64,000 nucleotides of DNA, taken from positions 310,001 through 374,000 of IMG/VR virus record IMGVR_UViG_3300044957_000763. One strand, 5' to 3'. The position numbers and the translations under genes are program-made. Every line of letters starts with the position of its first letter. Position 1 is the first letter of the stretch. Of the stretch, positions 28,046-38,648 are shown piece after piece. The notes under the pieces are model-generated. The model did no database searches, had not been told where the DNA came from, and saw nothing but the letters and a program-made list of their open reading frames with translations.

Positions 28046-28352
28046 AGCAGAAGTACACGACGACGATTTCCGCACATCAGCGCGATTCGACGCTACACCT
28101 TGGTTTGAGCAAGCATCTGACAAGGAGATTGTAGATTTGGCAAAGATTGACTGGGGAGGAGACTTGGAAGCCGACGAGGTTGCTGAGTTCTTCGAGGGTC
28201 GTGATGTTGGCACGCCTGACACCGTTGATGATGTATTCAAGGCTGTAAATGTTCTAGATGTGGGTTTTGAATGCTCGGTCGAACCAGATGATGCAATTCG
28301 ATGGGTCGAGAAGAACCGTCCGCATCTGATGGAGCAATTGAACGACCTTTGA
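28038..28352 (+). CDS. hypothetical protein (FDATPWF type)
   Basis: GTG start with GGAGG SD. Confidence 0.7.
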   Translation: MIRAEVHDDDFRTSARFDATPWFEQASDKEIVDLAKIDWGGDLEADEVAEFFEGRDVGTPDTVDDVFKAVNVLDVGFECSVEPDDAIRWVEKNRPHLMEQLNDL

Positions 28353-28394
28353 ACCACCGGCCCCGGAGCATTAGCTCCGGGGCTTTTTTGCTTT

Positions 28395-28919
28395 GTGCCC
28401 GAACAGGGCGAGGAATTAACAAAAATGGGTATGGGATTTTCCGGCGCATACGCCGAAGTAATCGAGCCTGACAAGCTACAATCGCTTGTCCCTGACGTAT
28501 GGAAGAAACTCAAGGGTCTTCTGTCAGAAGACGTGAAAGATGAGTCCATGGAAATGACAGTTCTGGCATATTTGTGGATGCCAGACAACTACGGTTTGGA
28601 CATCGTAGACCCTGAATGGTTAAACGAGTCATCTAATTTGCTCAACGACGAAGACGACACTATCGTAGACCAGCGTATCGCTGAATACGACCAGGCCTTT
28701 GACGAACTCCGAAAGGCATTCACAGATGCCACGGCTGTTGGTGATAGCAAGCTGGAGCTCGACATGGGTTATCACGATTGCGACGCCGTTGGCGACCGAT
28801 ACGATGAAGTCAACGGCCCGTACTTCTGTGTTGACGGGTGCTACGCTGTCACACCGGCCGCGAAACAACTCATCGAAGATAGGGTTATCGAGCGGTGCTG
28901 GTTTGTGGTACTCTGCTGA
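28395..28919 (+). CDS. hypothetical protein
   Basis: GTG at motif +37 (alternative ATG 28425). Confidence 0.75.
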   Translation: MPEQGEELTKMGMGFSGAYAEVIEPDKLQSLVPDVWKKLKGLLSEDVKDESMEMTVLAYLWMPDNYGLDIVDPEWLNESSNLLNDEDDTIVDQRIAEYDQAFDELRKAFTDATAVGDSKLELDMGYHDCDAVGDRYDEVNGPYFCVDGCYAVTPAAKQLIEDRVIERCWFVVLC

Positions 28920-28988
28920 TGATGCGAGATGGCGAAGAATATCTCGCGCGGCCCCGGACCTAACCAAATCGAAGGACAAACAAATCTG

Positions 28989-29294
28989 ATGGATGCATTT
29001 GAAATCCCCGTAACAGACGAGCAACTTCCTGCTCCACCGACAAAGTTCTGGAAGACCACCATCACTGTGACAATTCTCACAGAGGGTGATGAGCCCCCGA
29101 GCTACAACTCACTTGAAGAAGTGGCTATGCATATGTTTGACGGCGACGCAAGTGGCCAGTGGACCACTAACGAATCCGAGGAACTCCAGCCGCAGGCCAT
29201 GGCCGATGAGCTATACGCACAAGGCTCTGACCCTGAATTCCTTGGCATCCAGGTGGATGACGACGGCAATGTGACAGGTATCGGCTATGACTAA
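28989..29294 (+). CDS. hypothetical protein
   Basis: ATG at motif +40. Confidence 0.7.
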   Translation: MDAFEIPVTDEQLPAPPTKFWKTTITVTILTEGDEPPSYNSLEEVAMHMFDGDASGQWTTNESEELQPQAMADELYAQGSDPEFLGIQVDDDGNVTGIGYD

Positions 29295-29478
29295 GTTCGA
29301 AGTCCGGTCTACCGGCTATGCTCTCATGGAGCAGGTGGTCGTGGTTGAGGCCGAAGATGCAGAGGAGGCCGAAAACATGGTCCGCTCTGACGAGTTCGAC
29401 ACCTACCACGGCAACCAAGAGTGGCAATATCGAGGCATTAAAGACACCTCAATCGAGGTCACAGTCTCCGCCATCTGA
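29287..29478 (+). CDS. small VEA.DAEEA-type protein
   Basis: VVVEAEDAEEA. Confidence 0.7.
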   Translation: MTKFEVRSTGYALMEQVVVVEAEDAEEAENMVRSDEFDTYHGNQEWQYRGIKDTSIEVTVSAI

Positions 29479-29519
29479 CATCCGGCCCCGGAATCAAACC
29501 GGGGCCTCAAAACAAAATC

Positions 29520-30065
29520 ATGAGTAAAATCATCATCATCACGGACACCGAGGAACCTGGTGCATTTGACAGCACGAGCAGCATGGCCGTTGTTACAATC
29601 GACGCGGCCCAGGTGTATCGTTTCCAGGTCCTAACCACAGAACTCAAGAAGAACCATCCTGATTTCTCAGAACTCAGGTTTTGGGGCTCCAATGCTGAGT
29701 ATTACGACAGTCTGACCCCGGACCAGTTGCTTGACGCTCTGAGCAAAATCGCAGAGGAAGATGCAACCAAGGCCAAGCCCAGAATCACCCAGGAACAGGT
29801 TGATGAGATTCATCAACTTTATGGTGACAATGGCTCATTTAAGTGGCCGAGCCACATCGAGTTCAATCTGCGTGATTTGCTCAATATGACCGCAGAAGAC
29901 TACGGAGAGGAACCATGGGAAGACGAACCTGAGTCCATGCGCGTGGACATCGAGGAAATCGTAGCCGAAGATGACGAATTTCGATGTGCGGCGTACTATG
30001 GTGACCAACAGGTCTACACCAAGTATATTCCTTACTCTTGGGCACTTGACGAGGCGGCAGTCTAA
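29520..30065 (+). CDS. hypothetical protein
   Basis: Motif +37. Confidence 0.75.
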   Translation: MSKIIIITDTEEPGAFDSTSSMAVVTIDAAQVYRFQVLTTELKKNHPDFSELRFWGSNAEYYDSLTPDQLLDALSKIAEEDATKAKPRITQEQVDEIHQLYGDNGSFKWPSHIEFNLRDLLNMTAEDYGEEPWEDEPESMRVDIEEIVAEDDEFRCAAYYGDQQVYTKYIPYSWALDEAAV

Positions 30066-30289
30066 TGTGGGTGCTCGACCTTACCGAAGAAGGTGGCGAT
30101 AGCTATGGGATGTATCTCATGGACTGCGACTTTGGAGAGAAAAACGAAGTCGCTGGGCTCATTGGCAAGATTATCGAGGATTTCGACGCGGCCGGTAACG
30201 ATGAATGGACTGTCACGGACATTTCAGAAGAACTGGCCAATCGCGGCTATCCGAACAAGTACATCGACTGCCTTAGTGTCAGTGTTTGA
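30065..30289 (+). CDS. hypothetical protein
   Basis: TAATG overlap; GAGG SD. Confidence 0.7.
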   Translation: MWVLDLTEEGGDSYGMYLMDCDFGEKNEVAGLIGKIIEDFDAAGNDEWTVTDISEELANRGYPNKYIDCLSVSV

Positions 30290-30349
30290 CCACCGGCCCC
30301 GGAGCTTCGGCTCCGGGGCTTTGTTTTGCAACGGATTGGGAATCTAACC

Positions 30350-31108
30350 ATGCCATACAGCACAAAAGAACTCAACATCATTGGCTACGCAAAGCCGCAG
30401 CCATTCAACATCACCAGCGGCCAGATGATTGTCACCGACCCTTGTTACAACAAGGAGACGTGGTGTCAGGCTAAGCTGGACAACGTCAAAATTGGCCCAT
30501 GGAAGGCTACTGTCGAATACTCGAACGAAGGCGATTGGGGCGACCGCGTTGCTCAAATCTGGGCTTGGCACGACAGCCTTGGCATCGACAATCCTGGCCG
30601 CGATATGCCGCCTTGTTCGGAATACATTCCTGCAGATATCGGAGTTGACTCTGGTCAGGCTGGTTTCTTCGACCTCCAGAAGTATCCTGATGACCCGCAC
30701 CAGGATGATGCCTTCTATCAGGCAGTTTGCAAGCTGACGCTATCTGGTGTTCCATACAGCGCTCTAGAGGAAGCCGGTGTGTATCCGATGGCAGATGTGG
30801 CCAATATGGACGATGGGCTGAAAGCGAAGCGGACGAGTTCTGATTACGATGACCGCAATGAATATTACGGCAACAAACTCCACGACCGCAAAGCTGACCA
30901 AAGCAAGCTGGCTGACGCCATTGAAATCTACGGTTCGCTCGGTTCGTTCGGCGTTCTGGACTTTGGTGCGGTGTCTTCGTCCGGCTTTGGTGATGGCGGA
31001 TACGACCTGTACGTAGAGCGAGACTCTGCAGGTGAGATTGTCGCCGCTCGTATCGAGTTCATCGTTGAGGACGACGACGACTTCTCCGACGACGAAGACG
31101 ACGAATAA
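30350..31108 (+). CDS. DUF4241-like protein
   Basis: VTDPCY, IGVDSGQAGFFD, SSSGFGDGGY. Confidence 0.75.
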   Translation: MPYSTKELNIIGYAKPQPFNITSGQMIVTDPCYNKETWCQAKLDNVKIGPWKATVEYSNEGDWGDRVAQIWAWHDSLGIDNPGRDMPPCSEYIPADIGVDSGQAGFFDLQKYPDDPHQDDAFYQAVCKLTLSGVPYSALEEAGVYPMADVANMDDGLKAKRTSSDYDDRNEYYGNKLHDRKADQSKLADAIEIYGSLGSFGVLDFGAVSSSGFGDGGYDLYVERDSAGEIVAARIEFIVEDDDDFSDDEDDE

Positions 31109-31186
31109 TCAGTCATGCCCGGAACTTAGGTTCCGGGCATTTTCACTCCGGCCCCGGAATCAAAAAAACAATCAAAACAAACAATC

Positions 31187-32848
31187 ATGGGATTAACAAC
31201 CACAGCGCCTAGCGCACATGACTTTCAGATGCACCCCGAACTACTTCGTTCGGTTATCAAGAAGCAAGCTGGTACCTTGGACAAGGCACTGCTTGAAGGC
31301 ATCATGAACTCCATCGACGCCGGCGCAAAGCGCATCGACGTCACGATTGAACCGTTGAGTGTGACCATCAACGACGACGGTCGTGGTTTCCGCGATGCCG
31401 ATGAAGTTCGAGACTTTTTCGCCACCTTTGGCACCCCGCATGAAGAAGGCGACGCCACCTATGGTCGGTTCCGTATGGGTCGTGGTCAAATGTTCGCATT
31501 TGGCATCAACTCATGGCGAACTGGCACGTTCAAGATGGACGTTGACATCAACAAGCGTCTTGGATTTGAACTGGAAACCGAACTACCCATGCAGGTTGGT
31601 TGCAGTATCGAAATCAAGCTGTATGACGTCTTGTCGTTGGCAGATGTCCACAACACGACTCGTGCTATTACGAAGATGGTCAAGTACACACCTGTCCCCG
31701 TTTTCATCAACGGCGAAAGGGCGAACGTTGACATTGACCCCAAGAAATTCCCGCAAACCATTGACGAAGCGTACATCAACACGCAATCGGCGCAATATGG
31801 TGGGTTGGATGTTTACAATCTTGGTGTTCTTGTCTGCACCATACCTGCATGGAAGTTCGGTGTGTCTGGTGTTGTCATTAGTCGTCAACAACTTGATGTC
31901 AACTTCGCACGAAACGACATTCTTTCGACGTGCAAAGTGTGGCGCAAAATCAAGGCAATTGTTGACGCATCTGGAAAGAGAGAAGTCACACGACGTGCAA
32001 CACTGACCGAAGATGAACAAGAGAACATCATTAATCGGTTGGTCACGAAAGGTCTTAATGTTTTCGAAGCAGACGGTATTCGGTTCTTGCGTGACGTAAC
32101 AGGTAAGGCTTGGACACCTGCACAAGTGCGACGCGCAAGGTTTGAAGCCTATAGTGTTGCACCGCGTGGTAACACCTACGGCGATAAGCTGATACAAACT
32201 GGCAAAGCTATCGTGTTTGACGAAGCGTGTATTGCACTATTCGAGTGTGAACCGCACGAAGTATTCAAGAAGTTCCCGTTCAAGGGTATGCCGTCGTTTG
32301 CGACTCTTGATAGTCTGACTACTGGCATTTCTGCGACTGGTACAATCTTGCCTAAAAAGCAATGGAAACCAACCGAAAAGGCTTGGAATGCTGTGGCACG
32401 TCGAATGCAAGGCTATTTGACACAAAGCAGATGGGATTCTACGCAACGCCGATACGTCTATGACTACAAGTCAAGACGCATTGACATTGGCACAAGTGAT
32501 GTTGCTAACGGTTGGACTGACGGTGCGACGTACATCGCTATTGGACGTGAATATCTGAAAAGGATTCCAATGTTCCAAAGTGGTGTACCGTCTATTCAGG
32601 CATTTACCAAGTTGGCACTTCTGCTTATTCATGAAGCCTGTCATAACACAGATTCGAGAGATAACGTACACTCTCCAGACTTCTATCGTGAGTATCACGA
32701 CACCACCATGAAACTGGTTGGTGCAATGGTGCAGGACGCTATTGCGTACATGACACCCGCACGATACAAGCATCTGTCAGGCAAGGACGTGGATTTGGAT
32801 GAAGCGGTGGAATTGCCTACTGAATTAGGCGATGAACTAGACGAGTAG
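31187..32848 (+). CDS. GHKL (Hsp90/MutL-like) ATPase with C-terminal HEXXH motif
   Basis: EGIMNSIDAGA, DDGRG, GRFRMGRG; LIHEACH...H; motif +38. Confidence 0.85.
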   Translation: MGLTTTAPSAHDFQMHPELLRSVIKKQAGTLDKALLEGIMNSIDAGAKRIDVTIEPLSVTINDDGRGFRDADEVRDFFATFGTPHEEGDATYGRFRMGRGQMFAFGINSWRTGTFKMDVDINKRLGFELETELPMQVGCSIEIKLYDVLSLADVHNTTRAITKMVKYTPVPVFINGERANVDIDPKKFPQTIDEAYINTQSAQYGGLDVYNLGVLVCTIPAWKFGVSGVVISRQQLDVNFARNDILSTCKVWRKIKAIVDASGKREVTRRATLTEDEQENIINRLVTKGLNVFEADGIRFLRDVTGKAWTPAQVRRARFEAYSVAPRGNTYGDKLIQTGKAIVFDEACIALFECEPHEVFKKFPFKGMPSFATLDSLTTGISATGTILPKKQWKPTEKAWNAVARRMQGYLTQSRWDSTQRRYVYDYKSRRIDIGTSDVANGWTDGATYIAIGREYLKRIPMFQSGVPSIQAFTKLALLLIHEACHNTDSRDNVHSPDFYREYHDTTMKLVGAMVQDAIAYMTPARYKHLSGKDVDLDEAVELPTELGDELDE

Positions 32849-32903
32849 TCAACATTGGGCAGGTGGAAACACCTGCCCTTTTTTGTTGTATAAGTCCACT
32901 GCC

Positions 32904-33239
32904 ATGAACGAAAAAGCCACACCAAAAACAGAAGAAAAAGCCAAAGCTGTTGAAGCTGAGGTTAAGCCAGAACCCAAGCCGGAACCCATCGTAGTCAAAG
33001 CCGAATCAGCAGCACCAGCACCAGCACCTGCAAAAGTCGAAGCACCAGCGGTCGAAGCATCATCTGAACTGTTCTCTGCCAAGACCCCTGCATATAGCGC
33101 ATGGGTGTCAAAGAACAGCGAAGAGTCATACTATGCCAACCTAGAACTGGTTAGTGGTTCTGCATACAGTTGGCCAGCAACCTCAGCCAGCGAAGCAGAA
33201 GAGCTACTCAAGTATCACATCACCAATCAAAAGCTGTAA
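32904..33239 (+). CDS. Pro/Ala/Glu/Lys-rich protein
   Basis: Follows terminator 32857-32885; TATAAG upstream. Confidence 0.65.
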   Translation: MNEKATPKTEEKAKAVEAEVKPEPKPEPIVVKAESAAPAPAPAKVEAPAVEASSELFSAKTPAYSAWVSKNSEESYYANLELVSGSAYSWPATSASEAEELLKYHITNQKL

Positions 33240-33319
33240 AAGATACTTGTCGGTTCATCCATGACTGCACCTCCAATTAGCGCGGCCCCGTAAACGGGGT
33301 TGCGCTTTTTTAGTTTATC

Positions 33320-33763
33320 ATGCCCACAATGGACGCAGATACATTCTTTGAACACTACAAACCCATCCAGAACCATTTGGTGCAAAGCGCATCGCATGAT
33401 GGATGTATGTTTGAGACATACGGCGAAGAACTGGAATTCGTCAGAAAACAAGAGCCCAAGAAAATTTGGACTATTGTCGATGGTGATAACGGCAACCTGT
33501 TCTATATGGCCGGCTTTCACACAGTAAACCGAATCGGATACTTCGTTACCGAAGTCCCTTGGGTGACTGGCGACGAGGAAATCGAAGTTGAGGTGACACT
33601 CAGCGAGGAAGAATTCGAGGCCCGGGTTGATGCAAAGCTGATTGAAGTCAGGAACGAGTGCGGCGAATACGGCGAAAAAATCAGACCCGAGGTGGCATAC
33701 CTAATCGCCAGAGATATGGTCTGGGCCGGCGGTAAGCCGGCCCCGGAAATCAAATCGAGGTAA
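33320..33763 (+). CDS. conserved phage protein (FETYGEE...VNRIGY type)
   Basis: Motif variant +37. Confidence 0.8.
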   Translation: MPTMDADTFFEHYKPIQNHLVQSASHDGCMFETYGEELEFVRKQEPKKIWTIVDGDNGNLFYMAGFHTVNRIGYFVTEVPWVTGDEEIEVEVTLSEEEFEARVDAKLIEVRNECGEYGEKIRPEVAYLIARDMVWAGGKPAPEIKSR

Positions 33764-33774
33764 AATCAAACATC

Positions 33775-34479
33775 ATGGCAAACCCACAGGTTCATGCACG
33801 TTCTTCAGCCCGCCGCTTTGGCGGCCGCTGGGAAGACTACATCGAGTTGCACGCCTTTCTTGACAGTTCCAAGCTGCATTATGCGAAGGCAAGTCACCGA
33901 GCTTTATTGCACCACGACTTTGGCAAGCAACTTGCTATTGTCATCTTTGGCAAAACTGAACTCGACGGTCGTGTGACCATGCCAATCTCAGAGGCTTATC
34001 TGCCTGGTAAATACCCTACGGTCGAGTCTGTGGTTGACCAGCACTTTGCTGAGGACTTCACTCGATTCACGCCAAGCGTGAGCAAGTGGTTCGAGGGGTC
34101 ATATGCTTGCGACCGGCCCGGGATGTCCAAGCCGCCGCTTACGGTTGACGAGCAATGTGCCGAAAGCGTGCGCCACTTTGGTGGCGACCCAGAGGATTAT
34201 CGAGGACTCCACGAGTTTATCGACTCCATTATGGGTGAAGTCGAAGGCGCATGGGGTATCACTCACTCCACTTTTGGGCTTGGGCTTGCAGAGCAGTATT
34301 TCGGCTACACCATCGGACCGCGATGCGTGCCAACCAGAACGGTTGCTGAGAAGCATATCCTTGCTGAGTATTATGCAATCCCTTCAGCCCAAGATTGGCT
34401 GATGGCTGTGCCGATTCAGCCTTGGATGTATAACCAAGCGGCTTCCCTGAGCGTCGAACTGGAAATGCAAAATGCTTAG
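33775..34479 (+). CDS. duplicated DUF6915-like His-rich protein
   Basis: HARSSARRFGG..EDY..LH.F.D occurs twice; motif +37. Confidence 0.7.
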   Translation: MANPQVHARSSARRFGGRWEDYIELHAFLDSSKLHYAKASHRALLHHDFGKQLAIVIFGKTELDGRVTMPISEAYLPGKYPTVESVVDQHFAEDFTRFTPSVSKWFEGSYACDRPGMSKPPLTVDEQCAESVRHFGGDPEDYRGLHEFIDSIMGEVEGAWGITHSTFGLGLAEQYFGYTIGPRCVPTRTVAEKHILAEYYAIPSAQDWLMAVPIQPWMYNQAASLSVELEMQNA

Positions 34480-34669
34480 TCCAATCTACGAGCAATGCCT
34501 TCAGGCTTACAACAAGGGTGGCTTCACAGCCGCCCTTGAAGTGGCCGAGGCCAATGGAATCACCGACAGCCGCTACTGTGAGCCATGTGAGGCCCAGTCG
34601 TTGTGCGTCGATGGCGTCTGCGCTGCGTGCGGCTCCGCCATGCCGGCCCCGGAAACAACCGGGGCTTAG
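34472..34669 (+). CDS. small zinc-finger protein
   Basis: CEPC...CAAC. Confidence 0.7.
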   Translation: MLSPIYEQCLQAYNKGGFTAALEVAEANGITDSRYCEPCEAQSLCVDGVCAACGSAMPAPETTGA

Positions 34670-34681
34670 GCCTAAACCAAC

Positions 34682-34915
34682 ATGGACGTTCTGACCGAAC
34701 ACGTCAATCATACGGTCTGGGTGTTTGAGACCGAGGTTGGTCCAAACGAATACCCACGCGACTATCACTTCGATGCAGAAGGCTTTGATGCCGCCATGCT
34801 CCACGCCAAGAAACTGCTCAAGGAAGCACTAGACGAAGGTCAAGAAGTGTTGTGGCCACGTTTGAGGCCATACGGCCTCAATGCCGATGAGACCTATGAG
34901 GTTAAGTTGGACTAG
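34682..34915 (+). CDS. hypothetical protein
   Basis: Motif +38. Confidence 0.7.
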   Translation: MDVLTEHVNHTVWVFETEVGPNEYPRDYHFDAEGFDAAMLHAKKLLKEALDEGQEVLWPRLRPYGLNADETYEVKLD

Positions 34916-34952
34916 CGGCCCCGGAGCTAAATCGAACAAGGAACAAACAATC

Positions 34953-35420
34953 ATGCAAATTGAACAAATTGCTCAAATCCTTTCCCAGCGCGAAGCTGGT
35001 CAGGTCTTCACGGTCGAGATGATTCGCCCTGCTAAGGTGCGAAAGGGCACGTCGCAGGACATTCAGAAGCACAGCGTGTTTCAGGGTCAGCATTGCGACT
35101 ACGCCAACCGCTCGCCGGTTCGTGAAGCAATCGAAGCCGGTGTTCGTGGCGAACCGGAACTTCCTGGTCACATCGCATACTCGTTCCAAGAGGACGGAGT
35201 GCGGTTCTGGCAGGGCAAGAACGGCGAAGTCTACCTTCCCGTGGTGGTGTTTGATAGCCACAAGAAGGCAACGTGGTACAGCAACGGGGTTGAAGTGCTC
35301 AAGAGCGACATTGCCATGTACCTTCTGGCTTCGGAGACTTCCAAGCCGAAGGACAATACCGACAAGGGGCAAGTGCCGTTCGTCGGTATCAACGTCAAAC
35401 ACATTCTGGACATCCGGTAA
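34953..35420 (+). CDS. hypothetical protein
   Basis: Start moved to motif +37. Confidence 0.75.
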   Translation: MQIEQIAQILSQREAGQVFTVEMIRPAKVRKGTSQDIQKHSVFQGQHCDYANRSPVREAIEAGVRGEPELPGHIAYSFQEDGVRFWQGKNGEVYLPVVVFDSHKKATWYSNGVEVLKSDIAMYLLASETSKPKDNTDKGQVPFVGINVKHILDIR

Positions 35421-35478
35421 TGTGCGACGCTTCCGGGGTTCCGGCCCCGGAAGTCAAACTTCGAGAGAAACAACAATC

Positions 35479-36015
35479 ATGGGATGGATGTCAGGCTGGA
35501 ATAGCCGCAAAGAACTCGTTGAACACCTTACTTGTCCTCAGACCGCTCAAACCAATGACGGCAAGGAACGTAAGTGGATTGTGACCAAGAAAGTGTTTCG
35601 TGGTAACAATCTATGGACTATTCTGGAAACATGGGTAGATGGCGTACTTGAAAGCAAGGGTATCGTTCTGTTCATGATGAAGCGCTTTGGTCACAATGAC
35701 TGGGGCTACAAGGACGTTTGTGAAACTTCTGGTCCGACTTACACAAATTGCCCAGTGAGTTGGCTAGACGAAGTACCGGACCCTGGCTCGTTTGCTACAG
35801 ACTGGCGAGCTGCTGTCCGCCAAGGCTCGGTTGCGCTCAAGTCATTCAAGGACGGTCAAAGAATCAAGTTTGACTTTACCGTTCGATTCAGTGACGGTGG
35901 TGAATGCAAAGAGTTCACCGTCGAGAAGTATCACCGGCTCACGAGATTCCGAAGACCAGATGGTGTGCTATGCAGGCTCACCAGACGGATGCAACAGGAG
36001 GCGAAACCCGCATAA
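35479..36015 (+). CDS. conserved protein (MGW...WGYK...GP...CP, DUF6927-like)
   Basis: Start moved to motif +37. Confidence 0.75.
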   Translation: MGWMSGWNSRKELVEHLTCPQTAQTNDGKERKWIVTKKVFRGNNLWTILETWVDGVLESKGIVLFMMKRFGHNDWGYKDVCETSGPTYTNCPVSWLDEVPDPGSFATDWRAAVRQGSVALKSFKDGQRIKFDFTVRFSDGGECKEFTVEKYHRLTRFRRPDGVLCRLTRRMQQEAKPA

Positions 36016-36056
36016 CGCCCGGCCCCGGAGCTACGGCTCCGGGGCTTTTTTCTATC

Positions 36057-36281
36057 ATGCCGGAAATCACAAACATTCGAGTAGTCAACGTGTCGTCTTT
36101 GTTCAGCGAGGACGACCTGGAACTCTTTCAAGATGAAGTCGAGAACAGGTGGACATGGGGCGATACGACTATGTCGTTGGTGCCCATCACAGATGTACGA
36201 GATGTAGCTTTCGAGCTTTCGATTCTGAAGGACGAACACAACGCCCTGGACGACGAAATCTTCGTCAACCTCAACGAATAA
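36057..36281 (+). CDS. hypothetical protein
   Basis: Motif +37. Confidence 0.7.
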   Translation: MPEITNIRVVNVSSLFSEDDLELFQDEVENRWTWGDTTMSLVPITDVRDVAFELSILKDEHNALDDEIFVNLNE

Positions 36282-36283
36282 CA

Positions 36284-36442
36284 ATGCCAAAAGTCGAGCT
36301 AAAACCGCCATACGATGAGATTCTTCGCATCGTCCTGAACTATGCACGGTCCAATGCGGCCGATATTGCAGAGGCTATCGAGTTTCCGTTCGCGGAGTCG
36401 GACGTTGAGGAACTTGCTGAAATCATGGGAGTCGAACTATGA
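36284..36442 (+). CDS. hypothetical protein
   Basis: Fills gap; ATGA overlap with next gene. Confidence 0.55.
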   Translation: MPKVELKPPYDEILRIVLNYARSNAADIAEAIEFPFAESDVEELAEIMGVEL

Positions 36443-36834
36443 AGAAGTATAACTTCGCTGTATCTTACAAGGCATCTACCACGATGTCTGTGATTGCCGA
36501 GTCTGAGGAAGCGGCGCAACAGGAAGCACAAAAGCGCTTTCAAAATCAGTCAGATTTGACCATAAGTCTGTCTGACACCAAGGAACTCGAGTGGTTCGCG
36601 TCACGTTGTGACACCGAACTCGGAGTATGGTACAACGACGAATACGAGCGAATCGAGAGCAATCACGAGAAACTCGGACCGTTTAAGTCTGCTGAGGAAG
36701 CGCTCAATGCAACACGAACTCAGTGGGGATTCTGTGGCACATTCCACAAGTCATTCAACGAATCATATACGGCGTCAGACACACAGCTCTCCGGCCTCAA
36801 GGACTATACAGTCTACGCCAAAGAGGTCGTTTGA
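36439..36834 (+). CDS. hypothetical protein
   Basis: GGAG SD. Confidence 0.7.
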   Translation: MKKYNFAVSYKASTTMSVIAESEEAAQQEAQKRFQNQSDLTISLSDTKELEWFASRCDTELGVWYNDEYERIESNHEKLGPFKSAEEALNATRTQWGFCGTFHKSFNESYTASDTQLSGLKDYTVYAKEVV

Positions 36835-36875
36835 CCACCGGCCCCGGAGCTACGGCTCCGGGGCTTTTTTGTGTC

Positions 36876-37121
36876 ATGTCCAAGCACGATTTTTCAGTCG
36901 ATGACCATGGTTCAATCTTCATTGTCACTCCACATAGCGATGCAGCTCAAGAGTGGTGGACGGAAAATGTGCCAGAAGCACAATCTTTCGGTCTCGGATA
37001 TGTAGTTGAACACCGATACATCAAAGACCTGAGTCATGGAATTCTTGAGAATGGACTCACCATTACCAAGGATGACAAGACAATGCAGGTTTCGGACACA
37101 GGAGAACTGATACTGATATGA
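36876..37121 (+). CDS. hypothetical protein
   Basis: Motif +37. Confidence 0.75.
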   Translation: MSKHDFSVDDHGSIFIVTPHSDAAQEWWTENVPEAQSFGLGYVVEHRYIKDLSHGILENGLTITKDDKTMQVSDTGELILI

Positions 37122-37344
37122 AACTCAAAATCTCAGGGGTCACTGGCTGCTATGCCACTTACAGCGGAATCCGCAAATGGCATTGGTACACCTACAATGG
37201 CGGACTCAAGTTCAGACTTGAGCGATTGTGGAACTACATCCGCTCACGATTCGGATGGGACCCTTTCAAAGATGAGTAAGCCGGATACGCTACCTGCGTA
37301 TGGCGACCGGCCCCGGAACTTCGGTTCCGGGGCAAACCTACATC

Positions 37345-38028
37345 ATGAGCAAACCGGCAACCGCAGTCGAACTGAGTCGAAACTCGAAGATTGGCGACGC
37401 AAGCGCAACCTACGTTTCGCAAGCGTCGTGCCCGCCCACTTGCCCTTTCCAGAATTCTGGCTGCTATGCAGAAACTGGAATGACGGGTATTCATACCCAC
37501 CGACTTAACCGCTCGGTTATAAGCGACCCCGAGGCTATCGCACAGTGCGAGGCTGAAGAGATTCGCAAGCTGACCGGTCGCTTCCCGTTGCGTTTGCACG
37601 TTGTCGGAGACTGTACAACCGACGCCTGTGCGGATATCGTTTCGCTCGCGGCCTCGGAACATCAGTCCAAGCACGGACAACCGGCATGGACGTACACTCA
37701 TGCCCACAACGTCCGACGTGAGTCGTGGCGTGACATCAGTGTACTTCGGTCGTGCGAGAACATCGAGCAGGTTCAGCAAGCCCACGAGGATGGCTTCGCC
37801 ACCGCGATGGTCGTGCCTGAATTCGAGCGTGACACCGCCTATCCGATTGCCGAGGATATTGTGGGTATTCCGTGCCCGCAACAGACCGGCAAGGTTGCGA
37901 ACTGTATGGAGTGTCGCCTGTGTATGCAGGACGTCAAACTGCACCGCTCGCGACGCACCATTCTATTCGAGGCACATGGCACCGGGCGAACTCGCCTTGT
38001 GAACGTCCTCGCCGGCCCCGGAGCTTAA
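37345..38028 (+). CDS. Cys-rich GP88-like protein, paralogue of 17259..17948
   Basis: LTGRFPLRLHVVGD identical; WTYTHA; motif +37. Confidence 0.75.
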   Translation: MSKPATAVELSRNSKIGDASATYVSQASCPPTCPFQNSGCYAETGMTGIHTHRLNRSVISDPEAIAQCEAEEIRKLTGRFPLRLHVVGDCTTDACADIVSLAASEHQSKHGQPAWTYTHAHNVRRESWRDISVLRSCENIEQVQQAHEDGFATAMVVPEFERDTAYPIAEDIVGIPCPQQTGKVANCMECRLCMQDVKLHRSRRTILFEAHGTGRTRLVNVLAGPGA

Positions 38029-38049
38029 CTCCGGGGCGCAACAAACATC

Positions 38050-38250
38050 ATGGCAAATCCGAAAACATTTCAATGCCTAACCTTGGCGGCGGCCATCGAC
38101 CTGTACGCTAAGACTGGAGTCAAGGCAAACAGGTCGTATACTCCGACCAATATGCTCAGAACTGCCAGCCAATTGACTGGCAAGACGTTCAAACGAGGTC
38201 AATATCAAGCGGCCTCGGATGCGCTCAGGGAGTGCGCACAAACATCATGA
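38050..38250 (+). CDS. hypothetical protein
   Basis: Motif +37. Confidence 0.75.
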   Translation: MANPKTFQCLTLAAAIDLYAKTGVKANRSYTPTNMLRTASQLTGKTFKRGQYQAASDALRECAQTS

Positions 38251-38648
38251 AACTCACGTTCGACGCAAAACTAGTCCAACAACTGCTGGACGATTCAAAG
38301 AACGCCAAGGAATGGCGACTAGCATACGGTGAAGAGTTTAGCGACAAATCTGAAGCCCAACCAGGGCTATGGATTGTCGGAGACCAGGGCGTGTACCTGA
38401 TGTCCAACTCTAAGACCGGAGTCTTCAAGCCGAGCAAGGCTGGAGAGGAACCGAGTCACCTTGTGGCATATGCTCATCAATGTGACCCAACGGGTGACTT
38501 TGACACTTGGTGGGAGAACAAGCGCGCATCTTTTGGTGGCGATGATGGTGTCGAGTTTCTCGGTGCTGGTTTAATCGAATCTGCGCTGGCTAAGGCAAAA
38601 AACGGCAAGGTTGCACTCAACGTGACTCCGACCCGAATCTCGGTCTAA
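38247..38648 (+). CDS. DUF3085-like protein
   Basis: VGDQGVYLMSN, VAYA..CDP, FGGDD. Confidence 0.75.
   Translation: MKLTFDAKLVQQLLDDSKNAKEWRLAYGEEFSDKSEAQPGLWIVGDQGVYLMSNSKTGVFKPSKAGEEPSHLVAYAHQCDPTGDFDTWWENKRASFGGDDGVEFLGAGLIESALAKAKNGKVALNVTPTRISV

Noticed and set aside
12447-37944. Long minus-strand ORFs (12447..13418, 20617..21414, 25910..26809, 27797..28588, 37234..37944)
   Set aside because: Antisense shadows of well-supported + strand genes
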